From Chiloscyllium plagiosum (Eukaryota), in contig NC_057720.1 in assembly GCF_004010195.1 (NCBI RefSeq), forward strand, positions 4,630,656 to 4,694,276: a stretch of 63,621 bases of DNA, read 5' to 3'. Shown here in pieces: positions 25,217 to 38,986 of the stretch. A program made the translations under genes and the position numbers. The notes under the pieces are model-generated. The model worked only from the letters and a program-made list of their open reading frames with translations, was not told the DNA's origin and did not search any database. Position 1 is the first letter of the stretch. The number at the start of each line of letters is the position of its first letter.

Positions 25217-25369
25217 GTGGTTATGAAGTATAAGATCGTGAGACACAGAATTTATAGCAGAAGATTACAATGTCATATAGAGATATATTGAACATACCTG
25301 GTTTGTTAAGTCTTTCATCTTTTAGAATGGGTTGCAAGTTTTGGTTCATTAATATGTAAATCCCAGAAG

Positions 25370-27730
25370 TTGGAGGCTTGGGAGTGGGATAAGGTGGGGG
25401 GAGGGGAAATAAGGAAACTGGTGATATCCACGTTGATCCCGTGTGGTTGCAGGGTCCCAAGGCAGAAGATGAGGTGCTGTTCCTCCAGGCATCGGGTGGT
25501 AACGGTTTGGTGACGAAGGAGGCCCAGGACCTGTTTGTCCTTGATGGAGTGGGAGGGGCAGCTGAAGTGTTCAGTCACGGGGCGGTGGGGTTGGTGGGTG
25601 CGGGTATCCCAGAGATGTTCTCTGAAATGATCCGCAAGAAGGCGTCCTGTCTCCCCCATGTAGAGGGGACAACACCGGGTGCAACGGATACAGCAGATGG
25701 CATTGGTAGAGGTACAGGTAAATTTCTGTCAGATGTGGAAGGTTCCCTTGGGGCCTTGGGCGGAGGGGAAGTGTGGATGCAGTTTTTTCACTTCTTGTGG
25801 TGGCAGAGGAAGTTGCCAGGAGTGAGGTATGGTTTGGTTGGTGTTGGGGGGAGGGTGGTGAGTTCTGACAATGGAGTTTCAGATGGAATGGTCTCTCTGA
25901 AATACTGATAAGGGTTGGGAGGGAAATATATCCCTAATGGTGGGGTCTGTTTGTAGGTGGTGGAGGATGATGTGATGTATACGGAGGTTTGAGGTATGGA
26001 AGGTGAGGATCAGGATTTACTGTCCTAGTGGCATTGGGAAGGGTTTAAGGGTGGAAGTGCGGGAAATGGAGGAGATATGCTGGAGGGCATCATCGCCCAT
26101 ATGGGATGGGAAATTGCAGTCTTTGAAAAAGGAGTCCATCTGAGATTTTTTATGGTGGAATTGGTCATTGTGGGAACAGATGTGGCGGGGGCTGAAAAAT
26201 TGGTAATAAGGGATGGCGTTTTTATTGGATTTGGGGTGGGAGGAGGTGTAGTCTAGGTAGCTGTGGGAGGCGGTGGGTTTGTAGTAGCTGTCTGTGGTTA
26301 GTCAGTCGCTGAAGATGAAAATGGAGAGGTTCAGGAAGGAGAGGGAGATGTCAGAGATGGTCCAGGTGAATTTGGGGATGGGGTGAAAAGCTTTATTGAA
26401 GTTGATGAACTGTTCGAACGCCTTGTGGGAGCACATGGTAGCGCCGATACAGTCATTGATGTAGCGGAGGAAGAAGTGGGGAATTATCTTCACAGTTACA
26501 CCATCCCCACCTCCATATACATTGCATCATCCTCCGCCACTTCCGCCACCTACAAACAGACCATGAGGGATGTATTTCCCTCTCCACCCCGATCAGCATT
26601 TCGGAGAGCCCATTCCCTCCGTGACTGTCTTGACAGATCCACCAGTCCACACCACAATCCTGGCACCTTCCCCTGCCACCACAAAAAGCACAAAACCTGT
26701 GCCCACACATCCTCCCTCACCTCCATTCAAGGCCGCAAAGGATTCTTCCACATCCGACAGAAATTTACCTGTATTTCCACAAATGTCATCCACTATATCC
26801 GTTGCACCTGATGTGGTGTCCTCTACATCAGGAAGACAGGATGCCAACTTGCGGATCATTTCAGAGAACATCTTTGGGACATACGCACCAACCAACCCCA
26901 CCACCCCGAGGCTGAACACTTCAACTCCCCCTCCCACTCCATCAAGGCATGCAGAGCCTGGGCCTCCTCCATCTAACCACCCGACGACTGGAGGAAGAGC
27001 ACCTCATATTCCGCCTTACGACCCTCAACCACATGGGATTAATGAGGAATTCACCAGTTTCCCCATTTCCCCCTCCCCCCACCTTATCCCAGTCCCAAGC
27101 CTCCAACTCGGCACCGCCTTCTTGGCCTGTCCATCATCTTTCCCATCTGTCTGCTTCACCCTCCTCTCTGACTGATCACCTTCTCCCCACCTCCATCTAC
27201 CTGTTACATTCTCAGCTACTTTCCCATCTGCCCGACCCCCACCCGAGGTGCTGTTCCTCCAGGCGTTGGGTGGTAACGGTTTGGTGATGAAGGAGGCCCA
27301 GGACCTGCATGTCCTTAATGAAGTGGGAGGGGCAGTTGAAGTGTTCAGCCACAGGGCGTTGGGTTGGTGGGTGCGGGTATCCCAGATATGTTCTCTGAAA
27401 TGATCCGCAAGAAGGCGTCCTGTCTCCCCCATGTAGAGGAGACAACACCGGGTGCAACAGATACAACTCGGCACCGCCTTCTTGGCCTGTCCATCATCTT
27501 TCCCATCTGTCCGCTCCACCCTCCTCTCTGACTGATCACCTTCTCCCCACCTCCATCCACCTGTTACATTCTCAGCTACTTTCCCATCAGCCCCACCCCC
27601 ACCCATTTATCTCGCAGTGCCCCCCGGCCCACATTCCTGGTGAAGGGCTCAGGCCCAAAACGTCAATTCTCCTGCTCCTTGGACGTTGCCTGACCTGCTG
27701 TGCTTTTCCAGCACCACACCCTTGACCCTA
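25370..27730. mobile_element. Rearranged Neptune-type Penelope-like element (RT C-terminus, Cys-rich linker, GIY-YIG) in alternating orientations
   Basis: FLRYINDCIG (RT) and FPCxxKKHKTCAH (linker). CICCTRCCLLYMGETGRLLADHFREH (GIY-YIG) appears on both strands. Ends in a degenerate hammerhead tail at 27637-27664. Confidence 0.82.
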
Positions 27731-28419
27731 AAAACAATAAATGACAGCATAACACGAAACCATAAACATCCCCAGATTTGCTGACAACTTCAAAAAAGAA
27801 TATGTAAATTCCAAAAAGTGGCCGATCAGCCACATCCAGCACAGAAGCTGTGGTCACTAATGATCCAGGGTTGATGAAAGCCCTAGACATCTCAAAATGT
27901 GGCTGCTGATTACAAACAAACTAAAATGGACTCTTTCTCATTAGTGCCAGCATTGTCAGCACTTCCAATCTTCACATAAGCAATGCATACAATATATCTA
28001 GAGATTCAAACATATGAATGAGGAGCAAGGGGAGGCCACTCAGTCATTTGACCCTGTTCTGGCATTAAAAAGAGCCTGGCTGATCTGATTACTCCACATT
28101 GCTATCCATCTCGAATAACCTTTTACTCCTCACTTTCCTTATCAAGACTCAACCTACCTCTGCCATTTAAATAATCAAGAACTTTGGTTCCAACACCTTT
28201 CAAAGCAAGAGTTCCAACACCCACAACCTCACCTCTTCTCTCTGAGGTGGCTCAGGACATTTGGCATGTCTTAATGGTCCTAACCAACTTCTAGAGATAA
28301 TACCATAAAACATAGGAGCCGAAATTAGGCCATTCAGCCAATTGAGACTGCTCCATGATTCAAACATGGCTAATTGGTTTTTCAGGAACCTATCTATCTC
28401 AGTCTTCAATACGCACAAT

Positions 28420-29150
28420 GACCTGCCTCCACAGCCTTCTGTGGAAATGAATTCCACAGCTTCATCACTCTCTGGCTAAAGAGGTTTCTCCTTAGCTCCG
28501 TTGTAAAAGATCTTCCCTTTAATCTCAGGCTCTACCCTCAGGTTCGCATTTCTCCTGCGAATGGAAACATCTTCCCACTCTGTCCAGGCTGTTCTGTAAG
28601 TTTCAATCAGATCCCTCCTCATCCTTCTAAACCCCATCAAGTATAGTCCCAGAGTGCTCAAACGCTCGTCATATGTTAGGCTTTTCATCCCTGGGATCAT
28701 TTTCATGAACTTTCTGTGAAGTTGCTCCACGGCCAAAATATCTTTCCTGAGGAAGGGGACCCAAAATTGGTCACAATAATGTAAACGTGGTCTGACCAGA
28801 GCCTTATAAAGCCTCAGAAGTACATCCCTACTTTTATATTCCAATCCTTTGGGGATGAATGACAACATTGTATTTGTCTTCCTAACGACTAACACAACCT
28901 GCAAATGTATCTTCAGAAAAACCTGGACTAGGACTCCCAAATCTCTCTGCACTTCAGATTTCTGAATTTTCTCACCATTTTGAAAGTAATCCATGCCTCT
29001 ATTCTTCCTACCAAAGTGCGTGACCTTGCACTTCTGCACATTGTATTCCATTTGCCACTTCTTTGCTCTCACTTTCCTAACCTACCTAAGTATTTCTGCA
29101 GCCTCCCCACCTCCTCAATACTATCTGCCTCTCCATTTATCTTTGTATTA
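28420..29150 (-). mobile_element. CR1 LINE ORF2 3' fragment
   Basis: ORF 28476-29072: AKKWQMEYNVQKCKVTHFG...LYKALVRPRL. Confidence 0.85.
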
Positions 29151-29164
29151 TCTGCACCATTTTC

Positions 29165-29660
29165 ACCATTGAAAGCGTAACATCTGGGTGCATAATGACC
29201 TGGTATGGCAACTGCTCTGCCCAGGACCATAAGAAACTCCAAAGTTGCTCTGCACAGCCCAGACCATCATGGAAGCCAACCTTCTATCCATGGTCTCCAT
29301 TTACATGGCTTGCTGCTGTGGAAAGGCTGCCAACATCTTCAAAGATTCCTCTTACCCCAATAATGCTCTCCCACAACCTCTTCTGTCAGGCAGGAGATAC
29401 TTGAACACACACTGCAGCAGGTTCAGGAACAGCTTTTTCCCAGTCTTTATTAGACTGCTGACTGGACTGTCTAGCCTCAAATAATGCTGATCTTGCTAAT
29501 GTTGATGTCACCTAGCACATGCCTTTCACAACTTATGTTGTATGCCTTTGTCTACGTTTTTTTCACAACCTTTGTTCTGTACCTCCCTGCTTACTATGAT
29601 CTGCCTGTGCTGCTCAGAAGCAAAGCTTTTCACTGTATTGCAGTACACGCGACAATTAGA
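29165..29660 (+). mobile_element. Rex1/Babar-like LINE 3' fragment
   Basis: TWYGNCSAQDHKKLQ and SRFRNSFFP motifs recalled from the Rex1-type RT C-terminus. Confidence 0.6.
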
Positions 29661-31140
29661 GGTTCCTTTCAGACAGGAAGTTCCCTCTGTGAAATTCTCC
29701 TTACTTCTTACGTAGTCAGACCCTTCATCTGAAATAGTGACTCCTACATTCTCCCTCTGGAGGGAACTTCCTGTCTGCACCAAACCCATGCTTCAATGAA
29801 CAGGCCAAATGTGAGAAGAATGTTCCTAATTTTGAGCAAATCCAGAACTAGGCATCACAGTCTAATAATAAGGGCTAAGCCATTCGGGACTGAAATGAGG
29901 AAGAATTTCTTGACTCAGAGAGCTGTGAACCCGTGGAATTCTCTCCCACAGGAAGCTGTTGGGGCCAGTTTATTAGATGTATTCAAGAGGGAGCTAGATG
30001 TGGCCCTTGTGGCTAAAAGGATCAAAGGGTTTTGGGGAAAAAGTGCGAGTGGGATACTGAGATTGCATGATCATCCATGATCATACTGAATGGTGATGCA
30101 GGCTTGAAGGGCTGAATGGCCTACTCCTGTACTGATTTTCTCTGTTTCTATCTGATATATTCCACCCAAGTCACCTCTTACTTCCATAAACTCCAGTGGA
30201 CGCAAGGCCTGTCTGTCCAACCTTTCCTCATAAAATAATCTGCGGGAGAATATCAACACAATGGTCAGCTGGGAAGCACACAGACAACTCAAATTCAACC
30301 CGGGAAAGTTTGAGGTAATGCACTGGGGCAGGACTAACAATGCAAAGGATTACACTGTGAACGGTAAGACCCTGGAAAGATCAGAGGGGCCTTAGTGAGT
30401 ATATCCACAAATTCCTGAAGATAGCAGGGCAAATAGATAAGGTGGTTAAGAAGTCATATGGGTCACTTCCTTTAGTTGAAGAGGCACAGAATACAAGAGC
30501 AGGGAGGTTCTGCTGGAACGATAATAAACACTGGTTCGGCCATAATTGGAGTACAGCATGCAGTTCCGGTCACCAACCTTATAGGAAGGATCTGATTGCA
30601 CTGTCGATGGTGCAGAGGAAGATTTACCAGGATGCTGTCAGGGCTGGAGAGATTGAGATATGAGGAAACACTGGATAGATTGGGTTTGTTTTCCCTGGAG
30701 CAGCAAAGATTGAGAGGGTCCAATAAGAGGTAAAAGATGAACAGGGGAGTTCAGCAGAGTCATTTTCACAGAGGGTGGTGGAAGGCTGGTACCCACTGCC
30801 TGACAAGGTGATTCAGTCAGAAACTCTCACAGCATTTTAACAATGATTAGATGTTGGCTTCCATTGTCATGGCCTCCAGGAACCTTTCAAGAGCTAGAAA
30901 ATACGATTGTCTCATTGCCGTGCAGAAATAAAGGGCTGAATGGCCTCCTTCTGTATTCTAAATGTCTGTGAGTTCCAACCTGTTTATTCCTGATCTTAGT
31001 CTTGCAAACGTTCTGTGAACTGCTTCCAATGTGTTTACAATCTTCCTTCAGTGAAAAGTGTGCACATCTTCACGGACATCGTCTCGCCAATGTTCTGCAT
31101 AACTGGAACTTAAGAGAATCAAACCGATCTTGTCTGATTC

Positions 31141-34100
31141 GAAGCAGCAAGAGGCGGGAGCTGGAAGGAGGTGACGTTGGTGCGAGGTGATTGTCGGGAA
31201 GGCTAGTATGTATATTTAAACTTCTTACCTTCAGGCCAGTGAGGGAGGAGCGGGCAAAGGACTTCTGGGAAGGGTAAGTAGAACAGTTTATATTTGCATG
31301 GGTGACAGTTAGGGGACCGAAAGGAAACCGGCAGGCAGTGCAGAGATCCCCTGTGGCCATTCCCCTCAACAATAAGTATACCATTTTGGATACTGTTGGG
31401 GGGGATGACTTACTAGGGGAAAGTAGTGGGGCACCTGCTGCTCAGAAGGGAAGGGGGAAGAGGAGCACAGCAGTAGTCATTGGGGACTCGATAGTTAGGG
31501 GGACAGATAGGAGGTTCTGTGGGGACGAGAGAGACTCACGGTTGGTGTGTTGCCTCCCAGGTGCCAGTGTCCGTGATGTCTCTGATCGTGTTTTTGGGAT
31601 CCTTTGGGGGGAGGGAGAGCAACCCCAAGTCGTGGTCCACATTGGCACCAACGACATAGGTAGGAAGAGAGATGGGGATTTAAGGCAGAAGTTCAAGGAG
31701 CTAGGATGGAAGCTTAGAGCTAGGACGAACAGAGTTGTTTTCTCTGGTTTGCTGCCCGTGCCACGTGCTAGTGAGGTGAGGAATAGGGAGAGAAAGGAGT
31801 TGAACACGTGGCTACAGGGATGGTGCAGCAGGGTGTTTGGATAATTGGAGCTCTTTCTGGGTTGGTGGGTCCTCTACAAGCAGGATGGTCTTCATCTGAA
31901 CCAGAGGGGTACTAATATCCTGGGGGGGAAATTTGCTAAAGCTATTAGGGTGGATTTAAACTAATACAGCAGGGGGATGGGAACCAGAATTGTAGGACAG
32001 GTACAGAAGAGGCTGAGAGTAGGGAGTTCCAAAATCAAGTATCTGACACTGGCAAGCGAGAACCTGGTTTGAAGTGTGTGTACTTCAACGTGAGAAGCAT
32101 CCGAAATAAAGTGGGTGAACTGGCAGCGTGGGTTGGTACCTGGGACTTTGAGGTTGTGGCCATTACAGAGACATGGATAGAGCAGGGACAGGAATGGCTG
32201 TTGCAGGTTCCAGGATTCAGATGTTTCAGTAAGAACAGAGAAGATGGTAAAAGAGGGGGAGGTGTGGCATTGTTGATCAGGGACAATATTACAGTTGTAG
32301 AAAGGATGTTTGGGGACTCGTTAACTGAGGTAGTATGGGCTGAGGTTAGAAACAGGAAAGGAGAAGTCACCATGCTGGGAGTTTTCTATAGGCCTCCGAA
32401 TAGTCCCAGAGATGTAGAGGAAAGGAGAGCAAAGATGATTCTCGATAGGAGTGAGAGAGGCATGCTAGTTGTCAAGGGGGACTTTAACTATCCAAATACT
32501 GACTGGGAACACTATAGTACGAGTACCATAGATGGGTCAGTTTTTGTCCAGGAGGGCTTCCTGACACAGTATGTAGACAGGCCTACAAGGGGCGAAGCCA
32601 CTTTAGATTTAGTACGGGTAATGAGCCCGGCCAGGTGTTAGATTTGGAAGTAGGTGAGCACTTTGGAGACAGCAATCACAATTCTGTCAGGTTTATTTTA
32701 GTGATGGAAAGGGATAGGTGTACTTCACTGAGCAAGAGTTACAGCTGGGGGAAGGGAAATTACGATGCAATTAGGAAAGATTTAGGAAGCGTAGAATGGG
32801 GAAGGAAACTGCAGGGGATGAGCACATTAAAAGTGTGGAGCTTATTCAAGGAAAAGCTCCTGTGTGTCCTAGATAAGTATATACCTGTCAGGCAGAGAGG
32901 AAGATATAGAATGCGTGAGCTGTGGTTTACTAAGGAAGTGGAATCCCTGGTCAAGAAGAAGATGGACAAAATGTGAAATCTAAGTTGAGGGTTACAAGGA
33001 AGTCAGGAAAGACCTAAAAAGAGAGCTCAGAAGAGCCAGGAGGAGACATGAGAAGTTGTTGGTGGATAGGATCAGGATTAACCCTAAGGCTTTCCATAGG
33101 TATGTCAGGAATAAAAGAATGACAAGAGTTAAATTAGGGCCAATCAAGGATAATAGTGGGAAGTTGTGTGTGGAGTCAGAGGAGATAGGGGAAGCACTAA
33201 ATAAATATTGTTCGATAGTGTTCACTATAGAAAATGACAATGTTGGTGAGGAAGATACAGAGATACTTGCATCTAGACTAGAAGAGATTGAGGTTCACAA
33301 GGAAGAGGTATTAGAAATACTGTAGAGTGTGAAAATAGACAAGTCCCCTGGGCCGGATGGGATCTATCCTAGGATCCTCTGGGAAGCAAGGGAAGAGATT
33401 GCCAAGCCTTTGGCATTGATCTTCAAATCATCATTGTCTACAGGAATAATGCCTGAGGACTGAAGGNNNNNACAAGGAAGAGGTATTAGAAATACTGCAG
33501 AGTGTGAAAACAGACAAGTCCCCTGGGCAAGATGGGATCTATCCTGGGATCCTCTGGGAAGCAAGGGAAGAGATTGCCAAGCCTTTGGCATTGATCTTCA
33601 AGTCATCATTGTCTACAGGAATAGTGCCTGAGGACTGGAGGATAGCAAATGTGGTTCCCTTGTTCAAAAAGGGTAGTAGAGACAACCCTGGTAATTACAG
33701 ACCAGTGAGTCTCACTTCAGTTGTTGGTAAAGTGTTGGAAAAGGTTATAAAAGATAGGATTTATAACCATCTAGAAAAGAATAATCTGATCAGGGACAGT
33801 CAGCACGGTTTTGTGAAGGGTAGCATGTGCCTAACGAATCTTATTGACTTTTTTGACAAAGTGACCAAACGGGTAGATGAGAGTAAACAGGTTGATGTGG
33901 TGTATATAGATTTCAGCAAGGCGTTCGATAAGGTTCCCCACAGTAGGCTATTGTACAAATGCGGAGGAATGGGATTGTGGGAGACATAGCAGTTTGGATC
34001 AGTAATTGGCTTGCTGAAAGAAAACAGAAGGTTGTAGTTGATGGAACATGTTCATCTTGGTGTCCAGTTACTAGCGGCGTACCGCAAGGGTGTTGGGTCC

Positions 34101-35055
34101 ACTGCTGTTCGTCATTTTTATAAATGACCTGGATGAGGGTTTAGAAGGGTGGGTTAGTAAATTTGTGGAGGACACTAAGGTTGGAGTTGTGGATAGTGAC
34201 GAATGATGTAGTAGGTTGCAGAGAGACATAGATAGGATGCAGAGCTGGGCTGAGAGGTGGCAAATGGAGTTTAATGTGGACAAGTGTGAGGTGATACACT
34301 TTGGACGGAGTAATCGGAATGCAAAGTACTGGGCTAATGGTAAGATTCTTGGGAGTGCAGATGAGCAGAGAGATCTCAGTGTCCATGTACACAGATCCCT
34401 GAAAGTTGCCACCCAGATTGACAGGGCTGTTAAGAAGGCATACAGTGTTTTGGCCTTTATAAATAGAGGGGTTGAGCTCCGGATCCATGAGGTTATGCTG
34501 CAGCTGTACAAAACTCTGGTGCGGCCGCACTTGGACTATTGTGTGCAGTTCTGGTCACCGCATTATAAGAAGGATGTGGAAGTTTTGGAAAGGGTGCAGA
34601 GGAGATTTACTAGGATGTTGCCTGGTATGGAGGGAATGTTTTACGAGGAAAGGCTGAGGGCCTTGACGCTGTTCTCGTTAGAGAGAAGAAGGTTGAGAGG
34701 TGACTTAATAGAGACATACAAGATAATCAGAGGGTTAGATAGGGTAGATAGGGAGAGCCTTATTCCAAGTATGGGGACGGCAAACATGAGGGGACACAAC
34801 TTTAAAGTGAGGGGAGATAGGTATAAAACAGATGTCAGAGGTAGTTTCTTTACTCAAAGAGTAGTAAGGGTATGGAATGCTTTGCTTGCAAAGGTAGTAG
34901 ATTCGCCAAGTTTAAGTGCATTTAAGTCGTCATTGGACAGGCATATGGACATACATGGAATAGTGTAGGTGGGATGGGCTTCAGATTAGTATGACAGGGC
35001 GGCGCAACATCGAGGGCCGAAGGGCCTGTACTGCGCTGTAATGTTCTATGTTCTA
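31141..35055 (+). mobile_element. Near-full-length CR1 LINE: ORF1 (SGNH esterase), ORF2 (APE endonuclease + RT) and 3' tail; inactivated
   Basis: ORF1 VVIGDSIVRG, VVVHIGTNDIG, DGLHLN. APE YFNVRSIRNK, ITETW, GDFNYP. RT NYRPVSLTS, IDFSKAFD. 250-aa C-terminal ORF at 34216-34968 and (ATGTTCT)n tail. Several stops and frameshifts. Confidence 0.92.
33467..33471. other. 5-N assembly gap
   Basis: Five Ns flanked by an approximately 170-bp duplicated segment. Confidence 0.99.
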
Positions 35056-35904
35056 ATAAGTAGATGTTTTAAGAATAGCATATACCCTTGAAGGAGTAAG
35101 AGGAATGGATATATATGGTGGAGGAATTCAAACATTGTCCACTTTGAAATGAACTTTGACGTTTAGAAACTGAGACTTCTCTTTCTTTAATTCACTAGTG
35201 GAATATGGGTATTGCTGGCCAGCATTTATTGCCAGACTCCAGCTGTTCCTTGAGATGGTGGGAGTTTGCTGCCTTCTTGAAACACTGCAGTCCATGTGCT
35301 GTAGGTAGACCCACAATGAGGGGATTCCAGAATTTCGACCCAGCAACACAGAAGGAATGGCAATATATTTCCAAGTCAGGATGGTGAGTGGTTTGGAGGG
35401 GAACTTGCAGATGGTGGTGTTCCTATCTATCTGCTGCCCTTAGCCTTCTAGATTGAAATGATTGTGGGTTTGTAAGGTGCTTTCTAAGAATCTTTGGTGA
35501 ATGCAACTTGTGAATGGTACAGGAGAAAGTGAGGTCTGCAGATGCTGGAGATCAGAGCTGAACATGTGTTGCTGGAACAGCGCAGCAGGTCAGGCAGCAT
35601 CCAGGGAACAGGATTCAGTTGTGAATGGTACACATTGCTGATCTGAGAGACAGTGGTGGAGGTCGTGGATGTTTGTGGATGTGATGCCAATCAACTAGGC
35701 TGCTTCATCCTGGATGGTATCAAGCTTCTTGAGTGTTGTTGGAGGTGGACCCATCCAGGCAAATGGGGAGTATTCCATCACACTCCTGACTGGTGCCTTG
35801 TGGGTGGTGGACAGTCTTTGGGGAGTCAGGAGGTGAGTTACTTGCTGTAGTATTCCTAGCCTCTGACCTTTCTTGGAGTCCATTAGTGAGTAACCTTGAT
35901 TTAA

Positions 35905-37599
35905 TCTAATATGGCGTTGTTAGTCAAGGATAGTATTATGATGGCAGAAAGGACGTTTGAGGCCTCATCTACTGAGGTAGTTTGGGCTGAGGTTAGAAAC
36001 AGGATAGGAGAGGTCACCCTGTTGGGAGTTTTCTGTCAGCCTCGAAAGGTTCCAGAGATGTAGAGGAAAGGATAGCAAAGACGTTTCTCGTTAGGAGTGA
36101 GAGTAACAGAGTAGCTGTTGCGGGATACTTTAACTTTCCAAATATTGACTGGAAATGCTATAGTTTGAGTACTTTAGATGGGTCAGTTTTTGTCCAATGT
36201 GTGCAGGAGGGTTTCCTGACACAGTGTGTTGACAGGCCAATAAGGGATGAGGCCCCATTAGATTTGGTACTAGGTCATGAACCTGGCCAGGTGTTAGATT
36301 TGGAGGTAGGTGAGCACTTTGGTGATAGTGACGATGATTCAGTTATGTTTTCTTTAGCAATGGAAAGGGATGGTATATGCCGCAGGACAAGAGTTACAGC
36401 TGGGGAAAAACAATTATGATGCGATTCAGCAAGATTTAGGATGCATAGGACGGGGAAGGAAACTGCAGGGGATGGGCATAATTGAAGTGTGTAGCTTGTT
36501 CAAGGAACAACTACTGCAGGTCCTCGATAAGTATGCACCTGTCAGACAGGGAGGAAGTGGTCGAGTGAGGGAGCATTGGTTTACTAATGAAGTTGAATCG
36601 CTTGTCAAGAGGAAGAAGGAGGCTTTTTTGAGAAGGTGACCAAGCATGTAGATGAGGGTAGGGCAGTTGACGTGGTAAACATGGACTTCAGTAAAGGCTT
36701 TGATAAGGTTCCACACGGTAGGCTGATGGAGAAAATGCAGAGGCATGGGATTGATGGTGATTTAGCAGTTTGGATTAGACACTGGCTTTCTAAAAGAAGG
36801 CAGTGAGTGGTAGTTGATGGAAAATATTTAGTCTGGAGTCAGGTTACTAGTAGTGTGCCACAAGGATCTGTTTTAGGACCACTGCTGTTTGTCATTTTTA
36901 TAAATGACTTAGACGCAGGCATAGGTGGATGGATTAGTAAATTTGCAGATGACACTGAAGTTGGTGGAGTCGTGGACAGTTTGAAAGAATGTTACAAGTT
37001 GCAGGGGACTTGGATAAACTGCAGAATTGGGCTGAGAGGTGGCAAATGGAGTTCAATGCAGTTAAATATGAGATGATGCACTTTGGGAAGAATAACAGGA
37101 AGGCAGATACTTGGTCAATGGAAAGATTCTTGGTAGTGTGGATGTGCAGAGGGATCTTGGAGTCCATGTGCATAAATCCCGGAAAGTTGCTACCCAGGTT
37201 GATAGTGCTGTTAAGAAGGCATACAGTGTGTTAGGTTTCATTGGCAGAGGGATTGAGTTCCGGTGCCACAATATCATGCTGCAACTATACAAAACACTGG
37301 TGCGGCCATACTTGGAATATTGTGTACAGTTCTGGTCACCCCATTACCGAAAGGATGTGGAAGCATTGGAAAAGGTGCAGAGGAGATTTACCAGGATGTT
37401 GCCTGGTCTGGAGGGAAGGTCTTATGAGGAAAGGCTGAGAAACTTGAATCTGTTCTCATTGGAAAGAAGAGGGCTTGGGGGTGATTTGATAGAGACACAC
37501 AAGATGATCAGAGGATGAGATTGGGTAGTCAGTGGAAGTCTTTTTCCTAGGATGATGATGTCAGCATGTACGAGAGGGCACAATTACAAATTGAGAGGT
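35905..37599 (+). mobile_element. CR1 LINE ORF2 fragment with internal deletion, running into the gap
   Basis: APE remnant (VQEGFLTQ, GEHFGDSD) jumps at about 36625 to RT MDFSKGFD, VPQGSVLGP, KFADDT. Confidence 0.88.
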
Positions 37600-38099
37600 N
37601 NNNNNNNNNNNNNNNNNNNNNNNNNNNNNNNNNNNNNNNNNNNNNNNNNNNNNNNNNNNNNNNNNNNNNNNNNNNNNNNNNNNNNNNNNNNNNNNNNNNN
37701 NNNNNNNNNNNNNNNNNNNNNNNNNNNNNNNNNNNNNNNNNNNNNNNNNNNNNNNNNNNNNNNNNNNNNNNNNNNNNNNNNNNNNNNNNNNNNNNNNNNN
37801 NNNNNNNNNNNNNNNNNNNNNNNNNNNNNNNNNNNNNNNNNNNNNNNNNNNNNNNNNNNNNNNNNNNNNNNNNNNNNNNNNNNNNNNNNNNNNNNNNNNN
37901 NNNNNNNNNNNNNNNNNNNNNNNNNNNNNNNNNNNNNNNNNNNNNNNNNNNNNNNNNNNNNNNNNNNNNNNNNNNNNNNNNNNNNNNNNNNNNNNNNNNN
38001 NNNNNNNNNNNNNNNNNNNNNNNNNNNNNNNNNNNNNNNNNNNNNNNNNNNNNNNNNNNNNNNNNNNNNNNNNNNNNNNNNNNNNNNNNNNNNNNNNNN
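37600..38099. other. 500-N scaffold gap (round number, true size unknown)
   Basis: Exactly 500 Ns. Confidence 0.99.
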
Positions 38100-38986
38100 T
38101 CTACCAATATTGTTGGTACTTATGTGACCCTCGCACTCCATGTTTCTCTGTAGCCCAATCAGACACCCTGAACCCAGGTGCTAGGCTGGCAACACAGCCT
38201 TCAGAACTCACGATCCTGGCCACAGAGAACAGTGTCTATTCCCCGACTGTACTATCCCCAATTACAACTACATTTCTATTTCCTCCCCTCTTTTAAATAA
38301 CTCCCTTCGCATGGTGCTATGGTCAGTTTGCTCATCCTCCCTCAACCCCCACTCTCATTCACACAGGGAGCAAGAATCTCAAAACTGTTAGACAAGCTCA
38401 AGGCCTGAGGCTCCTGGAATCCTCTACCTGCCTCACTCATAGTCACAACCTCCTGTTTCTGACTGCTGTCCAAATTTGAGGGCGGTAATCTAAAGGGTAT
38501 GATTGCCTCCTGAAACACAACGTCCAGGCATCTTCCGGCGCTCTCCATTGAACCAGGGTTGATGCCCTGGCTTGATGACAATGATAGAATGGGGTATGTG
38601 CCTGGCCATGAGTTTGCAGATTTTGCTGGAGTACAATTCTACTGCTGTTGAGGTATCATAGTGCCTCATGAATGCTCAGTGTTGAGTTGCTAGCTCTGTT
38701 CAAAGTCTGTCCCAATTATCACATTGATTTACAACACAATGGAAGTTATTCTCAATGTAAAGGCGGGATTTTGTCTCCACAAGGACTGTGCAGTGGTCAC
38801 TCTTACCAACACTGTCATGAACAGATGCATCTTCAGCTGGCAAATCAGGTGGATGAGATCAAGTATGTTTTTCCCCTCCTTGGTTACCTAACGTTCTGCT
38901 ACAAACCCAGTCTAGCAGCAATGTCATTCAGAACTTGACCAGGTCAATCAGCAGTGCTGTTGTAGTGGTAGTGGACACCTACATCC

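Noticed and set aside
37547..38153. Long ORFs of 185-195 aa in the ORF track
   Set aside because: They are translations through the 500-N gap.
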